The position numbers and the translations under genes are program-made. Positions 35,830 to 47,920 of a stretch of DNA of 64,000 nt are shown in pieces. Numbering within the stretch: position 1 is the first letter of the stretch; every line of letters begins with the position of its first letter. The DNA comes from Eledone cirrhosa (lineage: Eukaryota), in contig OZ024743.1 of the NCBI GenBank assembly GCA_964016885.1, forward strand, positions 130,510,001-130,574,000, given 5' to 3'. The notes under the pieces were generated by a model that did not search any database, was not told the origin of the DNA, and was given only the letters and a program-made list of their open reading frames with translations.

Positions 35830-37630
35830 TGTTTGGTGTTTGGTGCTAGGTGCTTGGTGCTTGGTGTTTGGTGCTTGGTGCTTGGTGTTTGGTGCTTGGT
35901 GCTTGGGGGTGGTGTTTGGTGCTTGCTGCTTGGTGTTTGGTGCTTGGTGCTTGGTGCTTGGTGTTTGGTGTTTGGTGTTTGGTGCTTGGTGTTTGGTGCT
36001 TGGTGCTTGGTGCTGGGTGGTTGATGTTTGGTGCTTGGTGCTTGGTGTTTGGTGCTTGGTGCTTGGTGCCTATTGTTTGGTGCTTGGTGCTTGGTGCTTG
36101 GGGCTTGGCCTTTGGTGCTTGGTGTTTGCTGTTTGGTGTTTGGTGTTTGTGCTTGGTGCTTGGTGCTTGGTGTTTGGTGCTAGGTGCTTGACGCTTGGCG
36201 TTTGGTGCTTGGTGCTTGGTGCTTGGTGATTAGTGTTTGGTGCTTGGTGCTTGGGGTTTGGTGTTTGGTATTTGCTGTTTGGTGTTTGCTGTATGGTGTT
36301 TGCTGTTTTGTGTTTCGTGTTTGCTGTTTGGTGTTTGGTGCTTGGTGCTTGGTGCTTGGTGTTTCGTGCTTGGTGCTTGGTGCTTGGTGTTTGGCGTTTG
36401 CTGTTTGCTGTTTGGTGTTTGGTGTTTGCTGTTTGGTGTTTGCTGTTTGGTGTTTGGTGCTTGGTGCTTGGTGGCTGGTGTTTGGTGCTTGGTGTTTGGA
36501 TTTTGGTGCTTGGTGCTTGGTGCCTGGTGTTTCGTGCTTGGTGCTTGGTGCTTGGTGTTTGGTGTTTGGTGCTTGGTGTTTGGTATTTGGTGCTTGGTGT
36601 TTGGTGTTTGGTGCTTGGTGTTTGGTGCTTGGTGCTTGGTGCTTGGTGTTAAGTGTTTGGTGCTTGGTGCTTGGTGTTTGGTGCTTCGTGCTTGGTGCTT
36701 GGTGTTTGGTGCTTGGTGCTTGGTGTTTGGTGCTTGGTGCTTGGTGTATGGTACTTGGTGCTTGGTGTTTGGTGTTTGGTGCTTGGTGTTTGGTGCTTGG
36801 TGCTTGGTGCTTGGTGTTAAGTGTTTGGTGCTTGGTGCTTGGTGTTTGGTGCTTCGTGCTTGGTGTTTGGTGTTTGGTGCTAGGTGCTTGGTGCTTGGTG
36901 TTTGGTGCTTGGTGCTTGGTGTTTGGTGCTTCGTGCTTGGGGCTTGGTGTTTGGTGCTTGCTGCTTGGTGTTTGGTGCTTGGTGCTTGGTGCTTGGTGTT
37001 TGGTGTTTGGTGTTTGGTGCTTGGTGTTTGGTGCTTGGTGCTTGGTGCTGGGTGGTTGATGTTTGGTGCTTGTTGCTTGGTGTTTGGTGCTTGGTGCTTG
37101 GTGCTTATTGTTTGGTGCTTGGTGCTTGGTGCTTGGTGCTTGGCCTTTGGTGCTTGGTGTTTGCTGTTTGGTGTTTGGTGTTTGTGCTTGGTGCTTGGTG
37201 TTTGGTGCTAGGTGCTTGACGCTTGGCGTTTGGTGCTTGGTGCTTGGTGCTTGGTGATTAGTGTTTGGTGCTTGGTGCTTGGGGTTTGGTGTTTGGTATT
37301 TGCTGTTTGGTGTTTGCTGTATGGTGTTTGCTGTTTTGTGTTTCGTGTTTGCTGTTTGGTGTTTGGTGCTTGGTGCTTGGTGCTTGGTGTTTCGTGCTTG
37401 GTGCTTGGTGCTTGGTGTTTGGCGTTTGCTGTTTGCTGTTTGGTGTTTGGTGTTTGCTGTTTGGTGTTTGCTGTTTGGTGTTTGGTGCTTGGTGCTTGGT
37501 GGCTGGTGTTTGGTGCTTGGTGTTTGGATTTTGGTGCTTGGTGCTTGGTGCCTGGTGTTTCGTGCTTGGTGCTTGGTGCTTGGTGTTTGGTGTTTGGTGC
37601 TTGGTGTTTGGTATTTGGTGCTTGGTGCTT
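35830..37630 (+). repeat. Local duplication with period ~1028 bp at the start of subfamily II
   Basis: Pairs 36184/37212 and 36233/37261 match, and the copies share GACGCTTGGCG, GGCCTTT and GGATTTT. Confidence 0.85.
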
Positions 37631-40600
37631 GGTACTTGGTGTTTGTTGCTTGGTGCTTGGTGCTTGGTGTTTGATGCTGCGTGCTTGGTGTTTGGTGTTT
37701 GGTGCTTGATGCTTGGTGTTTGTTGTTTGGAGCTTGGTGCCTGGTGCTTGTTGTTTGGTGCCTCGTGCTTGTTGTTTGGTGTTTGGTGCTTGGTGCTTGA
37801 TGTTTGGTGCTTGGTGCTTGGTGCTTGGTGTTTGGTGCTTGGTGCTTGGTGTTTGGTGCTTGGTGCTTGGTGTTTGGTGCTTGGTGTTTGGTGCTTGGTG
37901 CTTGGTGCTTGGTGCTTGGTGTTAGGTGTTTGGTGCTTGGTGCTTGGTGTTTGATGTTTGGTCCTTGGTGCTTGGTGTTTGGTGTTTGGTGCTTGGTGCT
38001 TGGTGTTTGGTGTTTGGTGCTTGCTGCTTGGTGCTTGGTGTTTTGTGTTTGGAGTTTGGTGTTTGGTGTTTGGTGCTTCGGTCTTGGTGCTTGGTGTTTG
38101 GTGCTTGGTGCTTGGTGTTTGGTGCTTGGTGCCTGGTGCTTGTTGTTTGGTGCTTGGTGCTTGGTGTTTGATAATTGGTGCTTGGTGTTTGGTGCTTGGT
38201 GCTTGGTGCTTGGTGCTTGGTGTTAGGTGTTTGGTGCTTGGTGCTTGGTGTTTGATGTTTGGTCCTTGGTGCTTGGTGTTTGGTGTTTGGGGCTTCGTGC
38301 TTGGTGTTTGGTGTTTGGTGCTTGGTGCTTGGTGTTTGGTGCTTGCTGCTTGCTGCTTGGGTTTTGGTGCTTGGTGATTGGTGTTTGGTGTTTGGTGCTT
38401 GGTGCTTGGTGCTTGGTGCTTGGTGCTTGGTGTTTGGTGCTGCGTGCTTGGTGTTTGGTGTCTGGAGTTTGGTGCTTGGTGCTTGGTGCCTGGTGTTTCG
38501 TGCTTGGTGCTTGGTGCTTGGTGTTTGGTGTTTGGTGCTTGGTGTTTGGTGTTTGGTACTTGGTGTTTGGTGCTTGGTGCCTGGTGCTTGGTGTTTGGTG
38601 CTTGGTGCTTGGTGTTTGGTGATTGGTGCTTGGTGTTTGGTGATTGGTGCTTGATGCTTGGTGCTTGGTGTTAGGTGTTTGGTGCTTGGTGCTTGGTGTT
38701 TGATGTTTGGTCCTTGGTGCTTGGTGTTTGGTGTTTGGTGCTTGGTGCTTGGTGTTTGGTGTTTGGTGCTTGCTGCTTGCTGCTTGGTGTTTGGTGCTTG
38801 GTGATTGGTGCTTGGTGTTTTGTGCTTGGTGCTTGGTGTTTGGTGTTTGGTGCTAGGGGCTTAGTGCTTGGTGCTTGGTGTTTGGTGCTTGGTGCTTGCT
38901 GTTTGGTGTTCGGTGCTTGGTGCGTGGGACTTAGTGTTTGGTGTTTGGTGCTTGGTGTTTGGTGCTTGGTGTTTGGGGCTTGGTGTTCGGTGCTTGGTGC
39001 TTGGTGCTTGGGGCTTGGTGTTTGTTGTTTGGTGCTTGGTGCTTGGTCTTTGGTGCTTGGTGTTTGGTGTTTGGTGCTTGGTGCTTGGTGCTTGGTTTTT
39101 GGTGCTTGGTGCTTGGTGCTTGGTGTTTGGTGCTTGGTGCTTGGTGCTTGTTGTTTGGTGCTTGGTGCCTGGTCTTTGGTGCTTGGTGTTTGGTGTTTGG
39201 TGCTTGGTGCTTGGTGTTTGGTGCTTGGTGCTAGGTGTTTAGTGTTTGGTGCTTGGTGCTTGGTGTTTGGTGATTGGTGCTTGGTGCTTGGTGCTTAGTG
39301 CTTGGTGTTTGGTGTTTGGTGCTTGGTGTTTGGTGTTTGGTGTTTGATGCTTGGTTTTTGCTGCTTGGTGCTTGGTGCCTGGTGCTTGGTGCTTGGTGCT
39401 TGTTGGTTGGTGCTTGGTGCTTGGTTATTAGTCTTTGGTGCTTGGTGCTTGGTGTTTGGTGTTTCGTGCTTCGTGTCTAGTGTTTGGGTTTTGGTGTTTG
39501 GTGTTTGCTGTATGGTGTTTGCTGTTTCGTGTTTGGTGCTTCGTGCTTGGTGCTTGGTGTTTGGTGCATGGTGCTTGGTGTTTGAGGCTTGGTGCCTGGT
39601 GCTTGGTGTTTGGTGCTTGGTGCTTGGTGCTTGGTTATTAGTGTTTGGTGCTTGGTGCTTGGGGTTTGGTGTTTGGTGCTTGGTGCTTGGTGTTTGGTGT
39701 TTGCTGTATGGTGTTTGCTGTTTCGTGTTTGGTGTTTGCTGTTTGGTGTTTAATGCTTGGTGCTTGGTGCTTGGTGCTTGGTGCTTGGTGCTTGGCGTTT
39801 GCTCTTTGCTGTTTGGTGTTTGGTGCTTGCTGTTTGGTGTTTGGTGTTTGGTGTTTGGTGTTTGGTGCTTGCTGTTTGGTGCTTGGTGCTTGGTGTTTGG
39901 TGTTTGGTGTTTGGTGCTTGGTGCTTGGTGTTTGGTGCTTGTTGCTTGGTGCTGGGTGTTTGGTGCTGGTTGCTTGGTGTTTGGTGCTTGGTGCGTGGTG
40001 CTTGGTGTTTGGTGTTTGGTGCTTGCTGCTTGGTGCTTGGTGTTTGGTGCTTGGTGCTTGGTGATTAGTGTTTGGTGCATGGTGCTTGGTGTTTGTTGTT
40101 TGGTGCTTGGTGCTTGGTGTTTGGTGCTTGGTGCTTGCTGTTTGGTGTTTGGTGTTTGGTGCTTGGTGCTTGGTCTTTGGTCTTTGGTGTTTGGTGTTTG
40201 GTGCTTGGTGCTTGGTGTTTGGTGCTTGGTGTTTGGTGCTTGGTGTATGTGCTTGGTCCTTGGTGCTTGGTGCTTGGTTCTTGGTGTTTGGTGCTTGGTG
40301 TTTGGTGCTTGGTGTTTGGTGCTTGGTGCTTGGTGTTTGGTACTTGGTGCTTGGTGTTTGGTGTTTGGTGCTTGGTGTTTGGTGCTTGGTGCTTGGTGCT
40401 TGGTGTTAAGTGTTTGGTGTTTGCTGTATGGTGTTTGCTGTTTCGTGTTTGGTGTTTGCTGTTTGGTGTTTAATGCTTGGTGCTTGGTGCTTGGTGTTTG
40501 GTGCTTGGTGCTTGGTGCTTGGTGCTTGGCGTTTGCTCTTTGCTTTTTGGTGTTTGGTGCTTGCTGTTTGGTGTTTGGTGTTTGGTGTTTGGTGTTTGGT

Positions 40601-41464
40601 GCTTGCTGTTTGGTGCTTGGTGCTTGGTGTTTGGTGTTTGGTGTTTGGTGCTTGGTGCTTGGTGTTTGGTGCTTGGTGCTTGGTGCTGGGTGTTTGGTGC
40701 TTGTTGCTTGGTGTTTGGTGCTTGGTGCTTGATGTTTGGTGCTTGGTGTTTGGTCCTTGGTGCTTGGTGCTTGGTCTTTGGTGCTTGGGGTTTGGTGTTT
40801 GGTGCTTGGTGCTTGGTGTTTGGTGCTTGGTGCTTGGTGCTTGGTGTTTGGTGTTTGGTGCTTGCTGCTTGGTGCTTGGTGTTTGGTGCTTGGTGCTTGG
40901 TGATTAGTGTTTGTTGCATGGTGCTTGGTGTTTGTTGTTTGGTGCTTGGTGCTTGGTGTTTGGTGCTTGGTGCTTGCTGTTTGGTGTTTGGTGTTTGGTG
41001 CTTGGTGCTTGGTGTTTGGTGTTTGGTGTTTGGTGTTTGGTGTTTGGTGCTTGGTGCTTGGTGTTTGGTGCTTGGTGTTTGGTGCTTGGTGTATGTACTT
41101 GGTGCTTGGTGCTTGGTGTTTGGTGCTTGGTTCTTGGTGTTTGGTGCTTGGTGCTTGGTGCTTGGTGTTTGGTGCTTGGTGCTTGGTGTTTGGTACTTGG
41201 TGCTTGGTGTTTGGTGTTTGGTGCTTGGTGTTTGGTGCTTGGTGCTTGGTGCTTGGTGTTAAGTGTTTGGTGCTTGGTGCTTGGTGTTTGGTGCTTCGTG
41301 CTTGGTGCTTGGTGTTTGGTGCTTGGTGCTTGGTGTTTGGTGCTTGGTGCTTGGTGTTTGGTACTTGGTGCTTGGTGTTTGGTGTTTGGTGCTTGGTGTT
41401 TGGTGCTTGGTGCTTGGTGCTTGGTGTTAAGTGTTTGGTGCTTGGTGCTTGGTGTTTGGTGCTT

Positions 41465-44400
41465 CGTGCTTGGTGTTTGGTGTTTGGTGCTAGGTGCTTG
41501 GTGCTTGGTGTTTGGTGCTTGGTGCTTGGTGTTTGGTGCTTGGTGCTTGGGGCTTGGTGTTTGGTGCTTGCTGCTTGGTGTTTGGTGCTTGGTGCTTGGT
41601 GCTTGGTGTTTGGTGTTTGGTGTTTGGTGCTTGGTGTTTGGTGCTTGGTGCTTGGTGCTGGGTGGTTGATGTTTGGTGCTTGGTGCTTGGTGTTTGGTGC
41701 TTGGTGCTTGGTGCTTATTGTTTGGTGCTTGGTGCTTGGTGCTTGGGGCTTGGCCTTTGGTGCTTGGTGTTTGCTGTTTGGTGTTTGGTGTTTGTGCTTG
41801 GTGCTTGGTGCTTGGTGTTTGGTGCTAGGTGCTTGACGCTTGGCGTTTGGTGCTTGGTGCTTGGTGCTTGGTGATTAGTGTTTGGTGCTTGGTGCTTGGG
41901 ATTTGGTGTTTGGTATTTGCTGTTTGGTGTTTGCTGTATGGTGTTTGCTGTTTTGTGTTTCGTGTTTGCTGTTTGGTGTTTGGTGCTTGGTGCTTGGTGC
42001 TTGGTGCTTGGTGTTTCGTGCTTGGTGCTTGGTGCTTGGTGTTTGGCGTTTGCTGTTTGCTGTTTGGTGTTTGGTGTTTGCTGTTTGGTGTTTGCTGTTT
42101 GGTGTTTGGTGCTTGGTGCTTGGTGGCTGGTGTTTGGTGCTTAGTGTTTGGATTTTGGTGCTTGGTGCTTGGTGCCTGGTGTTTCGTGCATGGTGCTTGG
42201 TGCTTGGTGTTTGGTGTTTGGTGCTTGGTGTTTGGTATTTGGTGCTTGGTGCTTGGTGCTTGGTGTTTGGTGCTTGGTGCTTGGTGCTTGGTGTTTGATG
42301 CTGCGTGCTTGGTGTTTGGTGTTTGGTGCTTGATGCTTGGTGTTTGTTGTTTGGAGCTTGGTGCCTGGTGCTTGTTGTTTGGTGCCTCGTGCTTGTTGTT
42401 TGGTGTTTGGTGCTTGGTGCTTGGTGTTTGGTGCTTGGTGCTTGGTGCTTGGTGTTCGGTGCTTGGTGCTTGGTGTTTGGTGCTTGGTGCTTGGTGTTTG
42501 GTGCTTGGTGTTTGGTGCTTGGTGCTTGGTGCTTGGTGCTTGGTGTTAGGTGTTTGGTGCTTGGTGCTTGGTGTTTGATGTTTGGTCCTTGGTGCTTGGT
42601 GTTTGGTGTTTGGTGCTTGGTGCTTGGTGTTTGGTGTTTGGTGCTTGCTGCTTGGTGCTTGGTGTTTTGTGTTTGGAGTTTGGTGTTTGGTGTTTGGTGC
42701 TTCGGTCTTGGTGCTTGGTGTTTGGTGCTTGGTGCTTGGTGTTTGGTGCTTGGTGCCTGGTGCTTGTTGTTTGGTGCTTGGTGCTTGGTGTTTGATGATT
42801 GGTGCTTGGTGTTTGGTGCTTGGTGCTTGGTGCTTGGTGCTTGGTGTTAGGTGTTTGGTGCTTGGTGCTTGGTGTTTGATGTTTGGTCCTTGGTGCTTGG
42901 TGTTTGGTGTTTGGTGCTTGGTGCTTGGTGTTTGGTGTTTGGTGCTTGGTGCTTGGTGTTTGGTGCATGCTGCTTGCTGCTTGGGTTTTGGTGCTTGGTG
43001 ATTGGTGCTTGGTGTTTTGTGCTTGGTGCTTGGTGCTTGGTGCTTGGTGTTTGGTGCTGCGTGCTTGGTGTTTGGTGTCTGGAGTTTGGTGCTTGGTGCT
43101 TGGTGCCTGGTGTTTCGTGCTTGGTGCTTGGTGCTTGGTGTTTGGTGTTTGGTGCTTGGTGTTTGGTGTTTGGTACTTGGTGTTTGGTGCTTGGTGCCTG
43201 GTGCTTGGTGTTTGGTGCTTGGTGCTTGGTGTTTGGTGATTGGTGCTTGGTGTTTGGTGATTGGTGCTTGATGCTTGGTGCTTGGTGTTAGGTGTTTGGT
43301 GCTTGGTGCTTGGTTTTTGATGTTTGGTCCTTGGTGCTTGGTGTTTGGTGTTTGGTGCTTGGTGCCTGGTGTTTGGTGTTTGGTGCTTGCTGCTTGCTGC
43401 TTGGTGTTTGGTGCTTGGTGATTGGTGCTTGGTGTTTTGTGCTTGGTGCTTGGTGTTTGGTGTTTGGTACTAGGGGCTTAGTGCTTGGTGCTTGGTGTTT
43501 GGTGCTTGGTGCTTGCTGTTTGGTGTTTGGTGCTTGGTGCGTGGGACTTAGTGTTTGGTGTTTGGTGCTTGGTGTTTGGTGCTTGGTGTTTGGGGCTTGG
43601 TGTTCGGTGCTTGGTGCTTGGTGCTTAGGGCTTGGTGTTTGTTGTTTGGTGCTTGGTGCTTGGTCTTTGGTGCTTGGTGTTTGGTGTTTGGTGCTTGGTG
43701 CTTGGTGCTTGGTTTTTGGTGCTTGGTGCTTGGTGCTTGGTGTTTGGTGCTTGGTGCTTGGTGCTTGTTGTTTGGTGCTTGGTGCTTGGTCTTTGGTGCT
43801 TGGTGTTTGGTGTTTGGTGCTTGGTGCTTGGTGTTTGGTGCTTGGTGCCTGGTGTTTAGTGTTTGGTGCTTGGTGCTTGGTGTTTGGTGATTGGTGCTTG
43901 GTGCTTGGTGCTTAGTGCTTGGTGTTTGGTGTTTGGTGCTTGGTGTTTGGTGTTTGATGCTTGGTTTTTGCTGCTTGGTGCTTGGTGCCTGGTGCTTGGT
44001 GCTTGGTGCTTGTTGTTTGGTGCTTGGTGCTTGGTTATTAGTCTTTGGTGCTTGGTGCTTGGTGTTTGGTGTTTCGTGCTTCGTGTCTAGTGTTTGGGTT
44101 TTGGTGTTTGGTGTTTGCTGTATGGTGTTTGCTGTTTCGTGTTTGGTGCTTCGTGCTTGGTGCTTGGTGTTTGGTGCATGGTGCTTGGTGTTTGAGGCTT
44201 GGTGCCTGGTGCTTTGTGTTTGGTGCTAGGTGCTTGGTGCTTGGTCTTTTGTGTTTGGTGCTTGGTGCTTGGTGCTTGGTGTTTGGTGCTTGGTGCTTGG
44301 TGCTTGGTTATTAGTGTTTGGTGCTTGGTGCTTGGGGTTTGGTGTTTGGTGCTTGGTGCTTGGTGTTTGGTGTTTGCTGTATGGTGTTTGCTGTTTCGTG

Positions 44401-47400
44401 TTTGGTGTTTGCTGTTTGGTGTTTAATGCTTGGTGCTTCGTGCTTGGTGTTTGGTGCTTGGTGCTTGGTGCTTGGTGCTTGGCGTTTGCTCTTTGCTGTT
44501 TGGTGTTTGGTGCTTGCTGTTTGGTGTTTGGTGTTTGGTGTTTGGTGTTTGGTGCTTGCTGTTTGGTGCTTGGTGCTTGGTGTTTGGTGTTTGGTGTTTG
44601 GTGCTTGGTGCTTGGTGTTTGGTGCTTGGTGCTTGGTGCTGGGTGTTTGGTGCTTGTTGCTTGGTGTTTGGTGCTTGGTGCTTGATGCTTGGTGTTTGGT
44701 GTTTGGTGTTTGGTGCTAGGTGCTTGGTGCTGGGTGTTTGGTGCTTGGTGCTTGGTGTTTGGTGCTTGGTGCTTGGGGCTTGGTGTTTGGTGCTTGCTGC
44801 TTGGTGTTTGGTGCTTGGTGCTTGGTGCTTGGTGTTTGGTGTTTGGTGTTTGGTGCTTGGTGTTTGGTGCTTGGTGCTTGGTGCTGGGTGGTTGATGTTT
44901 GGTGCTTGGTGCTTGGTGTTTGGTGCTTGGTGCTTGGTGCTTATTGTTTGGTGCTTGGTGCTTGGTGCTTGGGGCTTGGCCTTTGGTGCTTGGTGTTTGC
45001 TGTTTGGTGTTTGGTGTTTGTGCTTGGTGCTTGGTGCTTGGTGTTTGGTGCTAGGTGCTTGTCGCTTGGCGTTTGGTGCTTGGTGCTTGGTGCTTGGTGA
45101 TTAGTGTTTGGTGCTTGGTGCTTGGGATTTGGTGTTTGGTATTTGCTGTTTGGTGTTTGCTGTATGGTGTTTGCTGTTTTGTGTTTCGTGTTTGCTGTTT
45201 GGTGTTTGGTGCTTGGTGCTTGGTGCTTGGTGCTTGGTGTTTCGTGCTTGGTGCTTGGTGCTTGGTGTTTGGCGTTTGCTGTTTGCTGTTTGGTGTTTGG
45301 TGTTTGCTGTTTGGTGTTTGCTGTTTGGTGTTTGGTGCTTGGTGCTTGGTGGCTGGTGTTTGGTGCTTAGTGTTTGGATTTTGGTGCTTGGTGCTTGGTG
45401 CCTGGTGTTTCGTGCATGGTGCTTGGTGCTTGGTGTTTGGTGTTTGGTGCTTGGTGTTTGGTATTTGGTGCTTGGTGCTTGGTGCTTGGTGTTTGGTGCT
45501 TGGTGCTTGGTGCTTGGTGTTTGATGCTGCGTGCTTGGTGTTTGGTGTTTGGTGCTTGATGCTTGGTGTTTGTTGTTTGGAGCTTGGTGCCTGGTGCTTG
45601 TTGTTTGGTGCCTCGTGCTTGTTGTTTGGTGTTTGGTGCTTGGTGCTTGGTGTTTGGTGCTTGGTGCTTGGTGCTTGGTGTTCGGTGCTTGGTGCTTGGT
45701 GTTTGGTGCTTGGTGCTTGGTGTTTGGTGCTTGGTGTTTGGTGCTTGGTGCTTGGTGTTTGGTGCTTGGTGTTAGGTGTTTGGTGCTTGGTGCTTGGTGT
45801 TTGATGTTTGGTCCTTGGTGCTTGGTGTTTGGTGTTTGGTGCTTGGTGCTTGGTGTTTGGTGTTTGGTGCTTGCTGCTTGGTGCTTGGTGTTTTGTGTTT
45901 GGAGTTTGGTGTTTGGTGTTTGGTGCTTCGGTCTTGGTGCTTGGTGTTTGGTGCTTGGTGCTTGGTGTTTGGTGCTTGGTGCCTGGTGCTTGTTGTTTGG
46001 TGCTTGGTGCTTGGTGTTTGATGATTGGTGCTTGGTGTTTGGTGCTTGGTGCTTGGTGCTTGGTGCTTGGTGTTAGGTGTTTGGTGCTTGGTGCTTGGTG
46101 TTTGATGTTTGGTCCTTGGTGCTTGGTGTTTGGTGTTTGGTGCTTGGTGCTTGGTGTTTGGTGTTTGGTGCTTGGTGCTTGGTGTTTGGTGCATGCTGCT
46201 TGCTGCTTGGGTTTTGGTGCTTGGTGATTGGTGCTTGGTGTTTTGTGCTTGGTGCTTGGTGCTTGGTGCTTGGTGTTTGGTGCTGCGTGCTTGGTGTTTG
46301 GTGTCTGGAGTTTGGTGCTTGGTGCTTGGTGCCTGGTGTTTCGTGCTTGGTGCTTGGTGCTTGGTGTTTGGTGTTTGGTGCTTGGTGTTTGGTGTTTGGT
46401 ACTTGGTGTTTGGTGCTTGGTGCCTGGTGCTTGGTGTTTGGTGCTTGGTGCTTGGTGTTTGGTGATTGGTGCTTGGTGTTTGGTGATTGGTGCTTGATGC
46501 TTGGTGCTTGGTGTTAGGTGTTTGGTGCTTGGTGCTTGGTTTTTGATGTTTGGTCCTTGGTGCTTGGTGTTTGGTGTTTGGTGCTTGGTGCCTGGTGTTT
46601 GGTGTTTGGTGCTTGCTGCTTGCTGCTTGGTGTTTGGTGCTTGGTGATTGGTGCTTGGTGTTTTGTGCTTGGTGCTTGGTGTTTGGTGTTTGGTACTAGG
46701 GGCTTAGTGCTTGGTGCTTGGTGTTTGGTGCTTGGTGCTTGCTGTTTGGTGTTTGGTGCTTGGTGCGTGGGACTTAGTGTTTGGTGTTTGGTGCTTGGTG
46801 TTTGGTGCTTGGTGTTTGGGGCTTGGTGTTCGGTGCTTGGTGCTTGGTGCTTGGGGCTTGGTGTTTGTTGTTTGGTGCTTGGTGCTTGGTCTTTGGTGCT
46901 TGGTGTTTGGTGTTTGGTGCTTGGTGCTTGGTGCTTGGTTTTTGGTGCTTGGTGCTTGGTGCTTGGTGTTTGGTGCTTGGTGCTTGGTGCTTGTTGTTTG
47001 GTGCTTGGTGCTTGGTCTTTGGTGCTTGGTGTTTGGTGTTTGGTGCTTGGTGCTTGGTGTTTGGTGCTTGGTGCCTGGTGTTTAGTGTTTGGTGCTTGGT
47101 GCTTGGTGTTTGGTGATTGGTGCTTGGTGCTTGGTGCTTAGTGCTTGGTGTTTGGTGTTTGGTGCTTGGTGTTTGGTGTTTGATGCTTGGTTTTTGCTGC
47201 TTGGTGCTTGGTGCCTGGTGCTTGGTGCTTGGTGCTTGTTGTTTGGTGCTTGGTGCTTGGTTATTAGTCTTTGGTGCTTGGTGCTTGGTGTTTGGTGTTT
47301 CGTGCTTCGTGTCTAGTGTTTGGGTTTTGGTGTTTGGTGTTTGCTGTATGGTGTTTGCTGTTTCGTGTTTGGTGCTTCGTGCTTGGTGCTTGGTGTTTGG

Positions 47401-47920
47401 TGCATGGTGCTTGGTGTTTGAGGCTTGGTGCCTGGTGCTTTGTGTTTGGTGCTAGGTGCTTGGTGCTTGGTCTTTGGTGTTTGGTGCTTGGTGCTTGGTG
47501 CTTGGTGTTTGGTGCTTGGTGCTTGGTGCTTGGTTATTAGTGTTTGGTGCTTGCTGCTTGGGGTTTGGTGTTTGGTGCTTGGTGCTTGGTGTTTGGTGTT
47601 TGCTGTATGGTGTTTGCTGTTTCGTGTTTGGTGTTTGCTGTTTGGTGTTTAATGCTTGGTGCTTCGTGCTTGGTGTTTGGTGCTTGGTGCTTGGTGCTTG
47701 GTGCTTGGCGTTTGCTCTTTGCTGTTTGGTGTTTGGTGCTTGCTGTTTGGTGTTTGGTGTTTGGTGTTTGGTGTTTGGTGCTTGCTGTTTGGTGCTTGGT
47801 GCTTGGTGTTTGGTGTTTGGTGTTTGGTGCTTGGTGCTTGGTGTTTGGTGCTTGGTGCTTGGTGCTGGGTGTTTGGTGCTTGTTGCTTGGTGTTTGGTGC
47901 TTGGTGCTTGATGCTTGGTG
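41465..47920 (+). repeat. Tandem duplication with period 3226 bp (units A and A')
   Basis: The offset is constant from 41494/44720 to 44430/47656. The copies share GCATGCTGC (42965/46191) and GGTACTAGG (43466/46692). Confidence 0.92.
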
